Part shown: one piece after another, positions 1 to 8,950 of the stretch | How positions within the stretch are numbered: the first letter of the stretch is position 1 | Layout of the letters: each line of letters starts with the position of its first letter | From: Pyrobaculum islandicum DSM 4184 | GTDB lineage: Archaea; Thermoproteota; Thermoprotei; Thermoproteales; Thermoproteaceae | Length of the DNA stretch: 32,000 nt | NCBI RefSeq assembly: GCF_000015205.1 | Contig: NC_008701.1 | Location: 777,436-809,435 of the forward strand | Reading direction: 5' to 3' | Made by a program: the position numbers and the translations under genes | The notes under the pieces: model-generated | What the model was told of the DNA's origin: nothing | Databases searched by the model: none | Seen by the model: only the letters and a program-made list of their open reading frames with translations

Positions 1-674
1 TGGGCTCAGGAAAGACAACTCAGCTAAATCAACTTCTTTACTTAATTCCGCCGTGGTTTCAAGTGGTGGTAATAGAGAGAGGCGCCCGCGAGATTTGGGC
101 TCCGTTAGAAGGGCAGTTATTACATTTGTCTGTGCCAAACGAAGATAAGCTATGGGCGGCTTTAGACCAGGCTTTGAGATATGGCACTATACATACAATT
201 ATTGCGTTAGCCGAAGCTAGAACGCCGGCCGAACTAAAGACGTTGATTAATTATAAATTGACAGGCCACGGCGTTTTGACGACAATACACGCAGACACAG
301 TTAAAGACGCCGTGGTTCGTATTATAGAAGCTGAAGCTCCGCCTGAGGGTCTTGACGGCATATTAGTAATTCAACTGTCCGCAATAGCCGGCGCTAGATT
401 TGTAAAAGAGGCAAGGGCGGTGGCAGTAACCAAGGGGAGTGTTGAGGTAAGAGATGTTGCAGAGCTGACGCCTAAGATTTCGGCATATGTCAAAGAGATG
501 TATAAAACTGACTTAAAGAGCGAGCTTGCGTTGAGAGTAAAGGCTTTGTTAAAAGCGTCTGAAATAGACGATTTCCTTATTGCTAGAAAGACAATAGAGG
601 AGATGATATGGCTAAATCGTATTGATTTTAAAGCTTCGCTTTTTGAAGAGGCAAAACGTTTTGGCTATGTATAA
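1..674 (+). CDS. Secretion-superfamily ATPase (VirB11/FlaI/PilT-like), C-terminal part; 5' end lies outside the window
   Basis: The frame is open from nt 3. It reads GSGKTTQLNQLL (Walker A), ALRYGTIHTIIALAEAR (Walker B region, Glu retained) and TGHGVLTTIHA (His box). The Asp-box position reads VVVIERGAREI instead of IEDxxEL. Platform and pilin genes follow downstream. Confidence 0.75.
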   Translation, partial: GSGKTTQLNQLLYLIPPWFQVVVIERGAREIWAPLEGQLLHLSVPNEDKLWAALDQALRYGTIHTIIALAEARTPAELKTLINYKLTGHGVLTTIHADTVKDAVVRIIEAEAPPEGLDGILVIQLSAIAGARFVKEARAVAVTKGSVEVRDVAELTPKISAYVKEMYKTDLKSELALRVKALLKASEIDDFLIARKTIEEMIWLNRIDFKASLFEEAKRFGYV

Positions 675-684
675 ACTTTATCTC
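670..684 (+). promoter_or_regulatory. Stop-codon-embedded TATA-like box (gTATAAACTTTATC) for the 705 gene
   Basis: The TAA stop of the ATPase (672-674) lies inside an A/T box. The next ATG (705) is 33 nt after the T of that stop, the same geometry as five other junctions in this locus. Confidence 0.45.
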
Positions 685-704
685 GTAACTATACGGCGTG
701 ACAC

Positions 705-953
705 ATGATGTTAAAAAGAAAATCTTTGGCAGAAGCTATAGACTCTATTGTATATGGAGAAGGCGAAAATATAGAGACTAAAAGAGAGGAGAGTTGGCAA
801 GAATGTCTAGTCAAAGCGCTTGTAGAGATGCCTTCTGATATTGCAGATAAAGTCATATCGGCGCTACCGCCAGAAGTCTTGTTAAACATGTTGCAGAGCA
901 GAGAGGATCCATATATCAAACTAGCCCTACTCTTATTGAACAAGAGGAGATGA
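705..953 (+). CDS. Small soluble hypothetical protein (82 aa), pilus-like locus
   Basis: Same strand as the locus, promoter-like box 33 nt upstream, and an ATGA stop/start overlap with the next ORF at 950-953. The antisense ORF 689..943 is Ser/Leu-rich and was judged spurious. Confidence 0.5.
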   Translation: MMLKRKSLAEAIDSIVYGEGENIETKREESWQECLVKALVEMPSDIADKVISALPPEVLLNMLQSREDPYIKLALLLLNKRR

Positions 954-1282
954 TAGAAAAGAAAGCTATAAAGAAGGGGCTTACGGCTTCAACGGCCAGG
1001 TGGATATGTGAGTTGTCTAAAGAGCTAGGCGTAGATGAAAAACGATTTTTCAAAGCGGTATTAAAACTTGCAAAACATGGCATTTGGCTAGAGGAGGAAG
1101 ATTGGCGTATTATTGCCAAAGCGCTTGACTTATCGAAACATTTAGACATGGCTATAGACTATATCATACGTCGAGTGACATCAGGGGAGTCTCCTGAAAG
1201 AGTTGTGAAAGAAATGCCGAAGGCCGTAGAAAAGGCTGGAAAGCTAGCGCATATAAGAGAGGTGTTGTCAAATCTATTGTAA
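950..1282 (+). CDS. Small helical hypothetical protein (110 aa), possible helix-turn-helix
   Basis: Translationally coupled to the previous ORF (ATGA overlap). GLTASTARWICELSKELGVDEKRFFKAVLKL could be an HTH, but this is a guess from the sequence pattern only. Confidence 0.55.
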   Translation: MIEKKAIKKGLTASTARWICELSKELGVDEKRFFKAVLKLAKHGIWLEEEDWRIIAKALDLSKHLDMAIDYIIRRVTSGESPERVVKEMPKAVEKAGKLAHIREVLSNLL

Positions 1283-1295
1283 GTTTTTTCATCAC
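1280..1295 (+). promoter_or_regulatory. Stop-embedded promoter cassette TAAGTTTTTTCATCAC
   Basis: TAA stop at 1280-1282, a T6 run, and the next ATG at 1312 (32 nt after the stop T). Confidence 0.5.
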
Positions 1296-1311
1296 AAGCT
1301 TTGACACTTGT

Positions 1312-2508
1312 ATGCGTAGAGAAGATTTCTACATCTTGTCAGCGCCTATTTTTGCGACATATCTAGGCGCAGTCTCTGGTTCAGAAGCTTTAAAATATAC
1401 ATCTTTTAACGTAGCCGAACTTGATGAAAAAGAGTCGCGTCGGCTTTTCATATCCTCTCTAATGTCTTCGCCATCTTCTCTCTTTCTGGAGGATAAGGAG
1501 GATGTCGCTAGACAGGTTGGATACGCTTTAGCACAAGAAGAGGCTGGAGTAGACAGATCTACGATTGTACATTCGTTTTTAGAAAGCATGAAGGCGCTTG
1601 CGTCTTCAAAAATTGAGGCTAAAATGAGGTTGTATGAGTCTATCGCCTCTTCATTAGGTGCAGTATTCTTACTACCTCTTTTTCTTTTATTTCTCTGGGC
1701 AATAGGCATACTTGTCATAGATCCCCTCATCCTCTTGGCGTTAGTCTATGGCATAACTATGGCGTTGGGGACCATGGCGATTGTTATAACTCCGACAGAT
1801 TTAGACATATGGAAGACCTATGAATGGTCTATACCTTTAGGAATTGGTATTGCGACTATAGCCATGTTGTGGAATCTTCCCGTAGCTTTTCTAGCCTTTA
1901 GTTTAACAACATGGCTATGGCTAAAGATCAGAAATAGATTGTGGTGGTTTAACATAAGGAGGGAAGTTCCGCCGATGTTAAGATCTGTGGCCGCTATGCT
2001 TAAAGAGGGGGCGCCGCCTGAGCTTATATTAAGTAGACTAATGGGAGTTTTTAAAACAGCAGCCAAAATAGCATATGGCTATTATGTGCCTTCTCGTTAT
2101 TTTGTATTAGCTAAGGCGATGTATAAAGCCATAGTAGAGGCTGGGGGTTCAACAGCTATTAAATCAGTTGAATACATACAGTCGATAATTGACATAGAGA
2201 CTACATCTATTAGACGTATGGCAAGGCTATCTTCTGCATATTTCGCCTTATTTATTGTGGCAGTAATAATTCTCTCTATGGCTGTGTCATCTGCTGTAAA
2301 ACACTTGGCAAGTATAGACGTAAGTTACAACCCGTTTTTCCTCCCACCCCCCTACGACGAAGTAAGACAAGTATTGACAACTGCAATGTCTCTCATTGCC
2401 GCCAGCTACATCTCTGTGTTCTTACTGCCTCTTGGTATACACTATTCGACAATGTTGGGAGGCGCTGTAGGCGTCGTATTACAACATATCATAGCTCTCT
2501 TAATCTAA
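1312..2508 (+). CDS. Polytopic membrane platform protein, TadC/FlaJ/PilC-like
   Basis: 398 aa with two repeats of a cytoplasmic helical segment followed by hydrophobic helices. The second repeat begins RREVPPMLRSVAAMLKEGAPPELILSRL, which resembles the T2SF/TadC-domain signature. It sits next to the secretion ATPase, as in archaeal type IV pilus loci. Confidence 0.65.
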   Translation: MRREDFYILSAPIFATYLGAVSGSEALKYTSFNVAELDEKESRRLFISSLMSSPSSLFLEDKEDVARQVGYALAQEEAGVDRSTIVHSFLESMKALASSKIEAKMRLYESIASSLGAVFLLPLFLLFLWAIGILVIDPLILLALVYGITMALGTMAIVITPTDLDIWKTYEWSIPLGIGIATIAMLWNLPVAFLAFSLTTWLWLKIRNRLWWFNIRREVPPMLRSVAAMLKEGAPPELILSRLMGVFKTAAKIAYGYYVPSRYFVLAKAMYKAIVEAGGSTAIKSVEYIQSIIDIETTSIRRMARLSSAYFALFIVAVIILSMAVSSAVKHLASIDVSYNPFFLPPPYDEVRQVLTTAMSLIAASYISVFLLPLGIHYSTMLGGAVGVVLQHIIALLI

Positions 2509-2520
2509 AGTTTTTCCACT
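2505..2520 (+). promoter_or_regulatory. Stop-embedded promoter cassette CTAAAGTTTTTCCACT
   Basis: TAA stop at 2506-2508 and ATG at 2539 (33 nt). Nearly identical to the cassette at 2994-3009. Confidence 0.55.
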
Positions 2521-2538
2521 ATTGTCGCAAAGGTCTTT

Positions 2539-2997
2539 ATGCAAGCTAGAGGACTTACGACCGTTGAGTCTCTGCTTATCGCAGCCGCGTTTATAATCGT
2601 CGGCGTCATAGGCGTGTTGACATTTCAAGGTATAGGCAAATCTGCTGCCGAGTCGTTAAGAGCAAATGCCATTGTTACGGCAGACAGAGGGGGGTTTGAC
2701 GTAACAGTAGAAGTTCTTAACGGCAAAGTGTCTGCAGTATACGTTAGATATGGGCCCTCGGGCGGACAATTAAGCGCGCCTATCGTCGGCTCTTGTATTG
2801 TTGCACAAAACAGCCAAATACAAACAAATGTCCCCTCTACCAATTTGCTCCTAGTCGCAGGCCAATCGGCTACTTGTAGATTTACAGCTACGTTACAGTC
2901 AGGTGTCCAATATACATACGTGGTCTATGCAATAGATGCAAATAGCGGAAAATCTATCCAAATAGCTAAGGGAGTTGTAACAGTAGGAATATCCTAA
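2539..2997 (+). CDS. Type IV pilin-like protein with class III (prepilin) signal peptide
   Basis: The N-terminus MQARG/LTTVESLLIAAAFIIVGVIGVLTF has a short basic leader, Gly at -1, Glu at +5 and about 22 hydrophobic residues. The rest is beta-rich (152 aa). Confidence 0.75.
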   Translation: MQARGLTTVESLLIAAAFIIVGVIGVLTFQGIGKSAAESLRANAIVTADRGGFDVTVEVLNGKVSAVYVRYGPSGGQLSAPIVGSCIVAQNSQIQTNVPSTNLLLVAGQSATCRFTATLQSGVQYTYVVYAIDANSGKSIQIAKGVVTVGIS

Positions 2998-3009
2998 GGT
3001 TTTTCCACT
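2994..3009 (+). promoter_or_regulatory. Stop-embedded promoter cassette CTAAGGTTTTTCCACT
   Basis: TAA stop at 2995-2997 and ATG at 3028 (33 nt). Confidence 0.55.
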
Positions 3010-3027
3010 AACTTCCTCTCTTTTTTC

Positions 3028-3957
3028 ATGGACAAGATCTACATACTCTTGTTATTGACGGTAGCGACGTGGGGTCAGATAGTGAGTTGGCTTCCGCCTT
3101 ATGCACAATTAAGCCAAGCCTATGTTTACAACGCTACACACTTTCTAGTGTATTTAGATGGAGACACTATATATGTGACACAGATCGGCGTAGTTTTTAA
3201 TGGCACTAGCGCCGAGAGTAAAGCGGCTTATCAATACCTAATTGAACAGTGTAAATATATTGCTTTAGATGTAAGAAACGTCACTGCAAATGGAAAGCTA
3301 TGGCTAGCCGATGTCTATTGTTCTAAAGATGGCACTCTGTGGATGTGGCTAGGGTGGCTCCCACTGAGGTTTATGGCGTATAGAGGCTATGTCGAATTTA
3401 TGAATGCAGATAATATCACTGTTATAACGCCGGTTGGAACGTACGCCGGCTACATCCCGGCTGGGTGGTATTTAGATAGGAGGACGAAGACCGTTTTCAA
3501 ATTCCCCAGCTTCAACTTAACGTTAATTGAGGAGATATACAGACTTGACAAGATAATAGAGGAGATGAAAATACAACTTAGTCAATACTCAGTAAAATAT
3601 AACAAAACGAGTACTCTACTAGCTCAACTTGAGAACCAGATAGATGTATTAAGTATACAAAAACAAAAACTAGAGGAGTTGCTTAGACAGAGAGAAAACA
3701 TGGTAACAGCCCTATCTACAAATTTACAGATGTGTATTTCTGAAAATGAGATATTAAAGAGAAAATTGGCAGAACTAGAGGAGTTAAATAAAGCTCTTTC
3801 ATTAAAACTAACAAACTTAAGTAAAGCGTATCTTCAACTAAGTCAGAACACTCTAGAAAAACAAGAAGGGGGGAACTCCACAATCTATCTGCTTGTAATC
3901 GCGCTTACGGCAATAGTGATATTTCTCTTCATCTATAGGCGTCGTTTAGAGGGTTAA
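3028..3957 (+). CDS. Secreted, C-terminally anchored coiled-coil glycoprotein (309 aa)
   Basis: It has an N-terminal signal-like helix (IYILLLLTVATWG), an ectodomain of about 170 aa, and roughly 100 aa of heptad-rich sequence (LIEEIYRLDKIIEEMKIQL...LAELEELNKALSLKL). The C-terminus is a TM helix (IYLLVIALTAIVIFLFIY) followed by RRR. There are eight N-x-S/T sequons. Confidence 0.7.
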   Translation: MDKIYILLLLTVATWGQIVSWLPPYAQLSQAYVYNATHFLVYLDGDTIYVTQIGVVFNGTSAESKAAYQYLIEQCKYIALDVRNVTANGKLWLADVYCSKDGTLWMWLGWLPLRFMAYRGYVEFMNADNITVITPVGTYAGYIPAGWYLDRRTKTVFKFPSFNLTLIEEIYRLDKIIEEMKIQLSQYSVKYNKTSTLLAQLENQIDVLSIQKQKLEELLRQRENMVTALSTNLQMCISENEILKRKLAELEELNKALSLKLTNLSKAYLQLSQNTLEKQEGGNSTIYLLVIALTAIVIFLFIYRRRLEG

Positions 3958-3961
3958 GACT

Positions 3962-4399
3962 ATGGAAGATTTTATTGCCGCATACGTCTTTGTAATTGCC
4001 CTCTCTATATTAGTCGTGTATACGGCAGCGGTGCTAAAGCCGTTTATATTTACAAATGTCGTCGAAGTGCCAATAGCGCCGTCAAAAGAATTGCCGACGA
4101 GACATATCTACGTTTATAGCTCAGTCTCTGGACTATATGCGGTAGAGTATGAGGGGCTGGATGTAGAGGAATTTAGAAAAGCCATGGGTGTACCCGGCGC
4201 TCTAGTTGCAATATTTGAAGTATATCCTGGTGGATATCGTTGCGTAAATTATGCCAACTATACGGTTAAGCTTGGCCCAGACCCATATACGGGGCTTTGG
4301 TGTCCACCGCCTTTTAAAACAGAGACAAAGCCCTATTGTATACCAATAGGAATCACCTCACGCGGACGTTGGCTATTGGTACAATACCGTTGTCCATAA
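3962..4399 (+). CDS. Small N-terminally anchored protein (145 aa), pilin-like topology
   Basis: Single N-terminal hydrophobic helix FIAAYVFVIALSILVVYTAAV with no K/R-G cleavage motif. It starts 4 nt after the upstream stop and has one sequon (NYT). Confidence 0.6.
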   Translation: MEDFIAAYVFVIALSILVVYTAAVLKPFIFTNVVEVPIAPSKELPTRHIYVYSSVSGLYAVEYEGLDVEEFRKAMGVPGALVAIFEVYPGGYRCVNYANYTVKLGPDPYTGLWCPPPFKTETKPYCIPIGITSRGRWLLVQYRCP

Positions 4400-4400
4400 C

Positions 4401-4742
4401 ATGCATTTTGTAAGAGATGTCTTGGTTTTTGTAGGTCTTGCCGTCTTAACTACGGCAGTTATCTCGTCTCTCCTCCCTTTAAGAGAGGGCGTTGTTACAC
4501 TACCTGCCTGTTCTAGTTGTGAATTAAAGCTAAGGGGCGGGTATGTAATAGTTCAGGAGAATGACTCAGCTGTACTTTACTTAGGCACTAAAGCTGTTGT
4601 AAAATTTGGATGGGCTTATTACAGAGGAGAGCCTCTTGAAGTAGGACAAAAGATTGTGTGTGACCCAATGTATATCTATGTAGTGGGAGGAATTGTCTAC
4701 GTAAGTTGTGACGACGAAATGCCAAAGATAGGCAAGTGGTGA
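4401..4742 (+). CDS. Small N-terminally anchored protein (113 aa)
   Basis: N-terminal helix VLVFVGLAVLTTAVISSLL. It starts 1 nt after the upstream stop, in the same operon. Confidence 0.6.
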   Translation: MHFVRDVLVFVGLAVLTTAVISSLLPLREGVVTLPACSSCELKLRGGYVIVQENDSAVLYLGTKAVVKFGWAYYRGEPLEVGQKIVCDPMYIYVVGGIVYVSCDDEMPKIGKW

Positions 4743-4743
4743 T

Positions 4744-5427
4744 ATGTGGTCAACAGCTTTTGGAATAATTACGTCGGCTTTTGTGGTTTTTGCTATTGTA
4801 TATGCCACGCTACATGTGCCACATATATCTAATATAGATGTTATAGATCAACTATATAATGTAAAACTTTACCTCAATCAAAGCCTTAATTCATTAAATT
4901 ATACCCAAAATATAGAAATATTTAGAGAGTATGTAAATATTACAAGAGTTAGAGTAGTAAATATAACAGTTAGCTACAACGGGTCTGTTGTCAAATATCC
5001 ATTGTTGTTTCCACTTGGCCATAAGGTGTTAGGACGGGAGAGAAATGTGGTCTACCAACTATATGTAGATATCAAATGGTGTAGACCTACTCTCTTGCCA
5101 AGTGGCACATTGGCGTATCTGTACGAAATTAAAATAAGACATTCGATAGACATATTGCCTTGGCTAGAGACTAAGGCGCTTGTGCCAATTAGTGATAGTC
5201 TCTTCCGGCATTATTATGACGTGTGGAAATCTACTAACAAACCGCCTGTGTTAGGTCTCTCTCCGCCCCCAAATACGACATATGTTAGAGTAGCAAAGGC
5301 GTTAATTTACAGCACTAGAGAGGACGATGTAAAGCTCTACGTAGTAGCGCCATCTCCAGTGATATATATCATTGATTATCCGCTCGAACTCCCACTGGCT
5401 TGTCCCAACGCATTTTCCCAAAACTAA
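4744..5427 (+). CDS. N-terminally anchored glycoprotein (227 aa)
   Basis: N-terminal helix AFGIITSAFVVFAIVYATL and six N-x-S/T sequons (NQS, NYT, NIT x2, NGS, NTT). It starts 1 nt after the upstream stop. Confidence 0.6.
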   Translation: MWSTAFGIITSAFVVFAIVYATLHVPHISNIDVIDQLYNVKLYLNQSLNSLNYTQNIEIFREYVNITRVRVVNITVSYNGSVVKYPLLFPLGHKVLGRERNVVYQLYVDIKWCRPTLLPSGTLAYLYEIKIRHSIDILPWLETKALVPISDSLFRHYYDVWKSTNKPPVLGLSPPPNTTYVRVAKALIYSTREDDVKLYVVAPSPVIYIIDYPLELPLACPNAFSQN

Positions 5428-5440
5428 AGTTTTTCCTATC
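5424..5440 (+). promoter_or_regulatory. Stop-embedded promoter cassette CTAAAGTTTTTCCTATC
   Basis: TAA stop at 5425-5427 and ATG at 5457 (32 nt). This supports 5457 rather than 5400 as the true start of the large ORF. Confidence 0.55.
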
Positions 5441-5456
5441 TTCGATATTGTTTACT

Positions 5457-8456
5457 ATGCGTATTGTAATATTACTACTCCTCTCTATATTAGTATATTC
5501 GCAAGTTGTAACTTCTGTAACATGTAAGAAAGAGTTTGAATTTCAACTAGACACTTCCTCAGTTGTTACAATTTCTTTTTCATTTAGTGCGTTAGCTCCG
5601 CTTGGAATGGGAGGTCAGACTGTAGTTTTTACAGAGGGTCAACAATGGGTTGAAGTATGGGGAGAGAGGTTTCTCAACTTATCTAAGTTATTAGTCGCAT
5701 CTACTGCCACATCTGGACTATGGGATAGAGATCTGACCTACTCTCTCACTCTAGAATACTTTAAGCCGGGAGACAGTTGGGTTATTGGAGAGTACTTCTG
5801 TAAAGCTAGGTATGACAACGGCTTGGAGGTTATACAGATTTACTACAAGGTAGAGAAAGAGCCGGCGCGTGAAGTTAGACAAATATCATTCGTCGTGTTG
5901 CAGACACAAGTTCTATATAGAACAGAGGAGAGAATTTATGTCTCTCTACGCCCAGATGTCTACTACTCATGGCTTACGTCCCTTTGTAAAGAACTGCCAG
6001 ACAGTCTGACGTGGCCCCGGTGTACGCCCTACACGAGGGATAACTACGTAGTCAGCGCCTCCTCGCCTAGGGTTTGGAAGGCGTTAGAAATAAATAGTAA
6101 GAAGCCTGGCGAGATAGTCGTATTGAGAAATGTCTACGCCGTTGTTCCAAACCCGTGGCTGTATGGAGAGTGTTATCTAGGGAGATGCTCAGCGTCTATA
6201 TCTACAGACAGGGGGATTGTTGTCTATATAGGCGATGTATATAACATACCGTTTTCTAAGAGAGTAGACATCTCTATAATTGCAGCGCCTATTGGATGGG
6301 GCGAAATTGAGGTTAGGCCGCCGAGACAAATTCCGCTGTATGTCTCACGTGTAGTACAAATGGGGGGTTTTTCATGCAGACCGCCCGACTGCTTTGTAGT
6401 AGATGAAGTTGGCAATGCAACATGGATAGGCAAAAATTGGGTTTGGAACTGGACGTTGGCGTCTATCGCAGTTAAAACGCCGCACATCTTGGTGCCATAT
6501 GTAGCCGTGGGACTTGTCCAAGATGGACAATATTCTGCGATAGGTAGAGGCGTGTCGGTGTATATGCCTTTAGGCTCAGTCGCCGTTTTAAAAACTACAG
6601 TATTATGGCGTTTAGAGATGGGAAATAAGTCTGTTTGGATAGGCTCAACTCCTGGCACATACCTCCGCGTAGTAGATGATAGAGGCAATATCGTAGATTA
6701 TGAAGAAGCTGCCTCGCGTGGCAAATTAGAATATCGTGTGACGAATATGCCGCTTTCCAATACCAAATGGGCTGTCTTTGAGACTGCTGTAGATGAGACA
6801 TTTCGGAAAGTCTATACTGCATGGTATTCGCCACCAAATCCATGTAGCCAATGGCCTAGGCAGTTGCTCAACTGTGTACACCTACAACATGTATATACAA
6901 AAGTAAATGGCACTTTCCTAAGTTACACCAGGGTCGGGACAACAAATAAATGGCCGGTCACACACCTAGCGCTTATCGATTGGCTAATTCCAAAAATCCC
7001 ACGTATATGCGGACGTGACAGGTTTAGCGACTTTATGAGCTTAGTTGTAGGAGATCCAGCTCTGTACTTCTGGCATACATACCGACTTAGGACTTACGAA
7101 TTTAACCCGTCGACTGGTGATTGGGATATACCAAGAGAGTGTGAGTACCCACCGCCGCATCAAGTATCTATGTTAAGTTCAGTTTACAACACGGCCTCCT
7201 ACCGTAACACAACACGTGGATTTGAGAAGTTGTACTTCGAAACAGCTGAAGGAAACGGTACATTTTACAACTATGTTTTTGAAGGCGTAAATGGGTATGA
7301 ATACCCGGCGGGCTGGACCGACGTGTTGCCACTGGGGATACCGTCTATGACAACAAATACGACAAGTCCCTGGCTTGTGTTTCTAGTGCCAACTACGGCG
7401 TGCAGATCTATCATATGTACAAGCCTAGATGTAACTCTCTGGGGGCCTACGCCGGGGCCTACTCCAGATCTAGCTCTCCCTGGTGCTGGTTACTCTTTTC
7501 TAATTATATATACAGGCACTATTAAAAATATAACTATACGTATATTTATAGAAAAAGGATTTGTAGCATATATACAGAAAGGTGTGATATATAAACCAGT
7601 GGAAAACTATATGTTAACAGAGGTTAAAAAACTCTGGAAACCCTTGGACGGCGTATACGTAGGTCCAGGCTGGTGGACAGAGTATAAACCTCTTGTTTCA
7701 TGTCAATACTTATCGTTAGGTGAAAAGTCGATATATGTCACTCCAACAGATTGGGCGGGTCCCCTGATCTTGACGATTGAGGAGTTTTCAGAGGGCGCGT
7801 CTAAACGCTATAGTTACGTCTTCTTCATTTCTAACAACGTCTCGTATAGAATAGACGTAACTTCGACAACGCCGCAAAACTTCACCACGTTATACCTCAA
7901 CGTGTCGTTATCGCTATACGTAAACAGAATTCCCTATTTCCACGGCTATGTTGTAATAGGAGAGGGAGGGAGAGTCAGGCCATATATTTGTAAAACTGTA
8001 GATATATTGTCACATTCGTTTTTTGGCGGCGTTGGACAAACTTCGCAACTTACAACAAATGGTGAATTCTGGGGAGAAGTTGATATAGTGGACAGAATTA
8101 GGTTAGTCGATAAATTTGTTATACCGAGCTTTGAAATAGTATATTTTTCAAGAGGAGTTGTAAAAATAAACGCAGAGGGACCTGTCATAGGTTTTGCGTT
8201 CTACTTAATGCGTAATGGTATATGGACAAAAGTAGGAGAGGCGCTGGGGTCGTGCGTATTAATTAACGCTACTTTAATATATCCCTGGGATCCACTACTC
8301 GTATTGCCTATAGTTAAATACCACATAGAGGCACGGGCTGGAGATGTTGTAGTGCTATGGCGTCCAAAACCGTCGCTTTTCTTTAAAACTTGGGCTGACT
8401 CAATGGGATATTCTATTGGCGTGTCTAGTACATTAGAAGTACTAGGCAAATGTTAA
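5457..8456 (+). CDS. Large secreted glycoprotein (~999 aa), candidate tip adhesin or surface component
   Basis: It starts MRIVILLLLSILVYSQVVTS (signal peptide) and has no other TM segment. By eye it is beta-rich and rich in Cys, Trp and Tyr. At least 12 N-x-S/T sequons are present (NLS, NAT, NWT, NKS, NGT, NTT, NIT, NVS, NFT and others). I recognise no family motif. Confidence 0.7.
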   Translation: MRIVILLLLSILVYSQVVTSVTCKKEFEFQLDTSSVVTISFSFSALAPLGMGGQTVVFTEGQQWVEVWGERFLNLSKLLVASTATSGLWDRDLTYSLTLEYFKPGDSWVIGEYFCKARYDNGLEVIQIYYKVEKEPAREVRQISFVVLQTQVLYRTEERIYVSLRPDVYYSWLTSLCKELPDSLTWPRCTPYTRDNYVVSASSPRVWKALEINSKKPGEIVVLRNVYAVVPNPWLYGECYLGRCSASISTDRGIVVYIGDVYNIPFSKRVDISIIAAPIGWGEIEVRPPRQIPLYVSRVVQMGGFSCRPPDCFVVDEVGNATWIGKNWVWNWTLASIAVKTPHILVPYVAVGLVQDGQYSAIGRGVSVYMPLGSVAVLKTTVLWRLEMGNKSVWIGSTPGTYLRVVDDRGNIVDYEEAASRGKLEYRVTNMPLSNTKWAVFETAVDETFRKVYTAWYSPPNPCSQWPRQLLNCVHLQHVYTKVNGTFLSYTRVGTTNKWPVTHLALIDWLIPKIPRICGRDRFSDFMSLVVGDPALYFWHTYRLRTYEFNPSTGDWDIPRECEYPPPHQVSMLSSVYNTASYRNTTRGFEKLYFETAEGNGTFYNYVFEGVNGYEYPAGWTDVLPLGIPSMTTNTTSPWLVFLVPTTACRSIICTSLDVTLWGPTPGPTPDLALPGAGYSFLIIYTGTIKNITIRIFIEKGFVAYIQKGVIYKPVENYMLTEVKKLWKPLDGVYVGPGWWTEYKPLVSCQYLSLGEKSIYVTPTDWAGPLILTIEEFSEGASKRYSYVFFISNNVSYRIDVTSTTPQNFTTLYLNVSLSLYVNRIPYFHGYVVIGEGGRVRPYICKTVDILSHSFFGGVGQTSQLTTNGEFWGEVDIVDRIRLVDKFVIPSFEIVYFSRGVVKINAEGPVIGFAFYLMRNGIWTKVGEALGSCVLINATLIYPWDPLLVLPIVKYHIEARAGDVVVLWRPKPSLFFKTWADSMGYSIGVSSTLEVLGKC

Positions 8457-8950
8457 CGCTTAGGTATTTACTATCGCTTATAGCAGCTGTATTAGCCACA
8501 GCTATTGTGTCTCTTGTGGCGGCGTATGCGCTACAACATGCAGACCCCTTGATAAAGAGCGTTGCAACGTCGTTGGCAAGCGGGAAGTCTGCCAAGTCGG
8601 AAATTCCTATTTCGCTACGTAAATATAAGGTGGACTATACATATAGTGAAGGCCGCTGGGTTTTAACAAATAGAGGCGGCATACCGCTCTATGCAGTTGG
8701 CGTAGGCGTATGTCCAGACTCTATAAATGTCTTCTTTAACAAAACTTACAGCTCTACTAATAACACAGTACATATATCTAAGTGTTCTATTATCTTGCCG
8801 TCTATCGAAATGATACATAACTCAGTTGTATTTACACATGTAGTACCTCTCTGTCTCACAGGCACAGATTTTAAGACAGAGGTTGTAGAACAGAAATACA
8901 TCTATGCGAATTTCACAATTAGGGTCAGAGCCGTTGTGGTAAATTGCTAA
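8450..8950 (+). CDS. N-terminally anchored glycoprotein (166 aa)
   Basis: N-terminal helix YLLSLIAAVLATAIVSLVAAYAL. It overlaps the large ORF by 7 nt (ATGTTAA) and carries the sequons NKT, NNT and NFT. Confidence 0.6.
   Translation: MLTLRYLLSLIAAVLATAIVSLVAAYALQHADPLIKSVATSLASGKSAKSEIPISLRKYKVDYTYSEGRWVLTNRGGIPLYAVGVGVCPDSINVFFNKTYSSTNNTVHISKCSIILPSIEMIHNSVVFTHVVPLCLTGTDFKTEVVEQKYIYANFTIRVRAVVVNC

Noticed and set aside
689-2843. Antisense ORFs within the pilus-like locus (689..943, 916..1149, 1329..1730, 1818..2066, 2625..2843, and later 4581..4808, 6224..6843, 7946..8449)
   Set aside because: Each is nested in a longer same-locus + strand ORF with a coherent operon structure. Their translations are Ser/Thr/Leu-rich and lack start context.
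5400-5456. N-terminal extensions of ORFs: 5400 for the giant protein, 8944 for the 8980 gene, 18386 for the zinc-ribbon gene, and 30404 for the 30473 gene
   Set aside because: The extensions overlap upstream genes or run across the promoter cassette. Internal ATG or GTG codons sit at the recurrent spacing of about 30 nt from a TATA-like box and begin with the expected signal or anchor helix.
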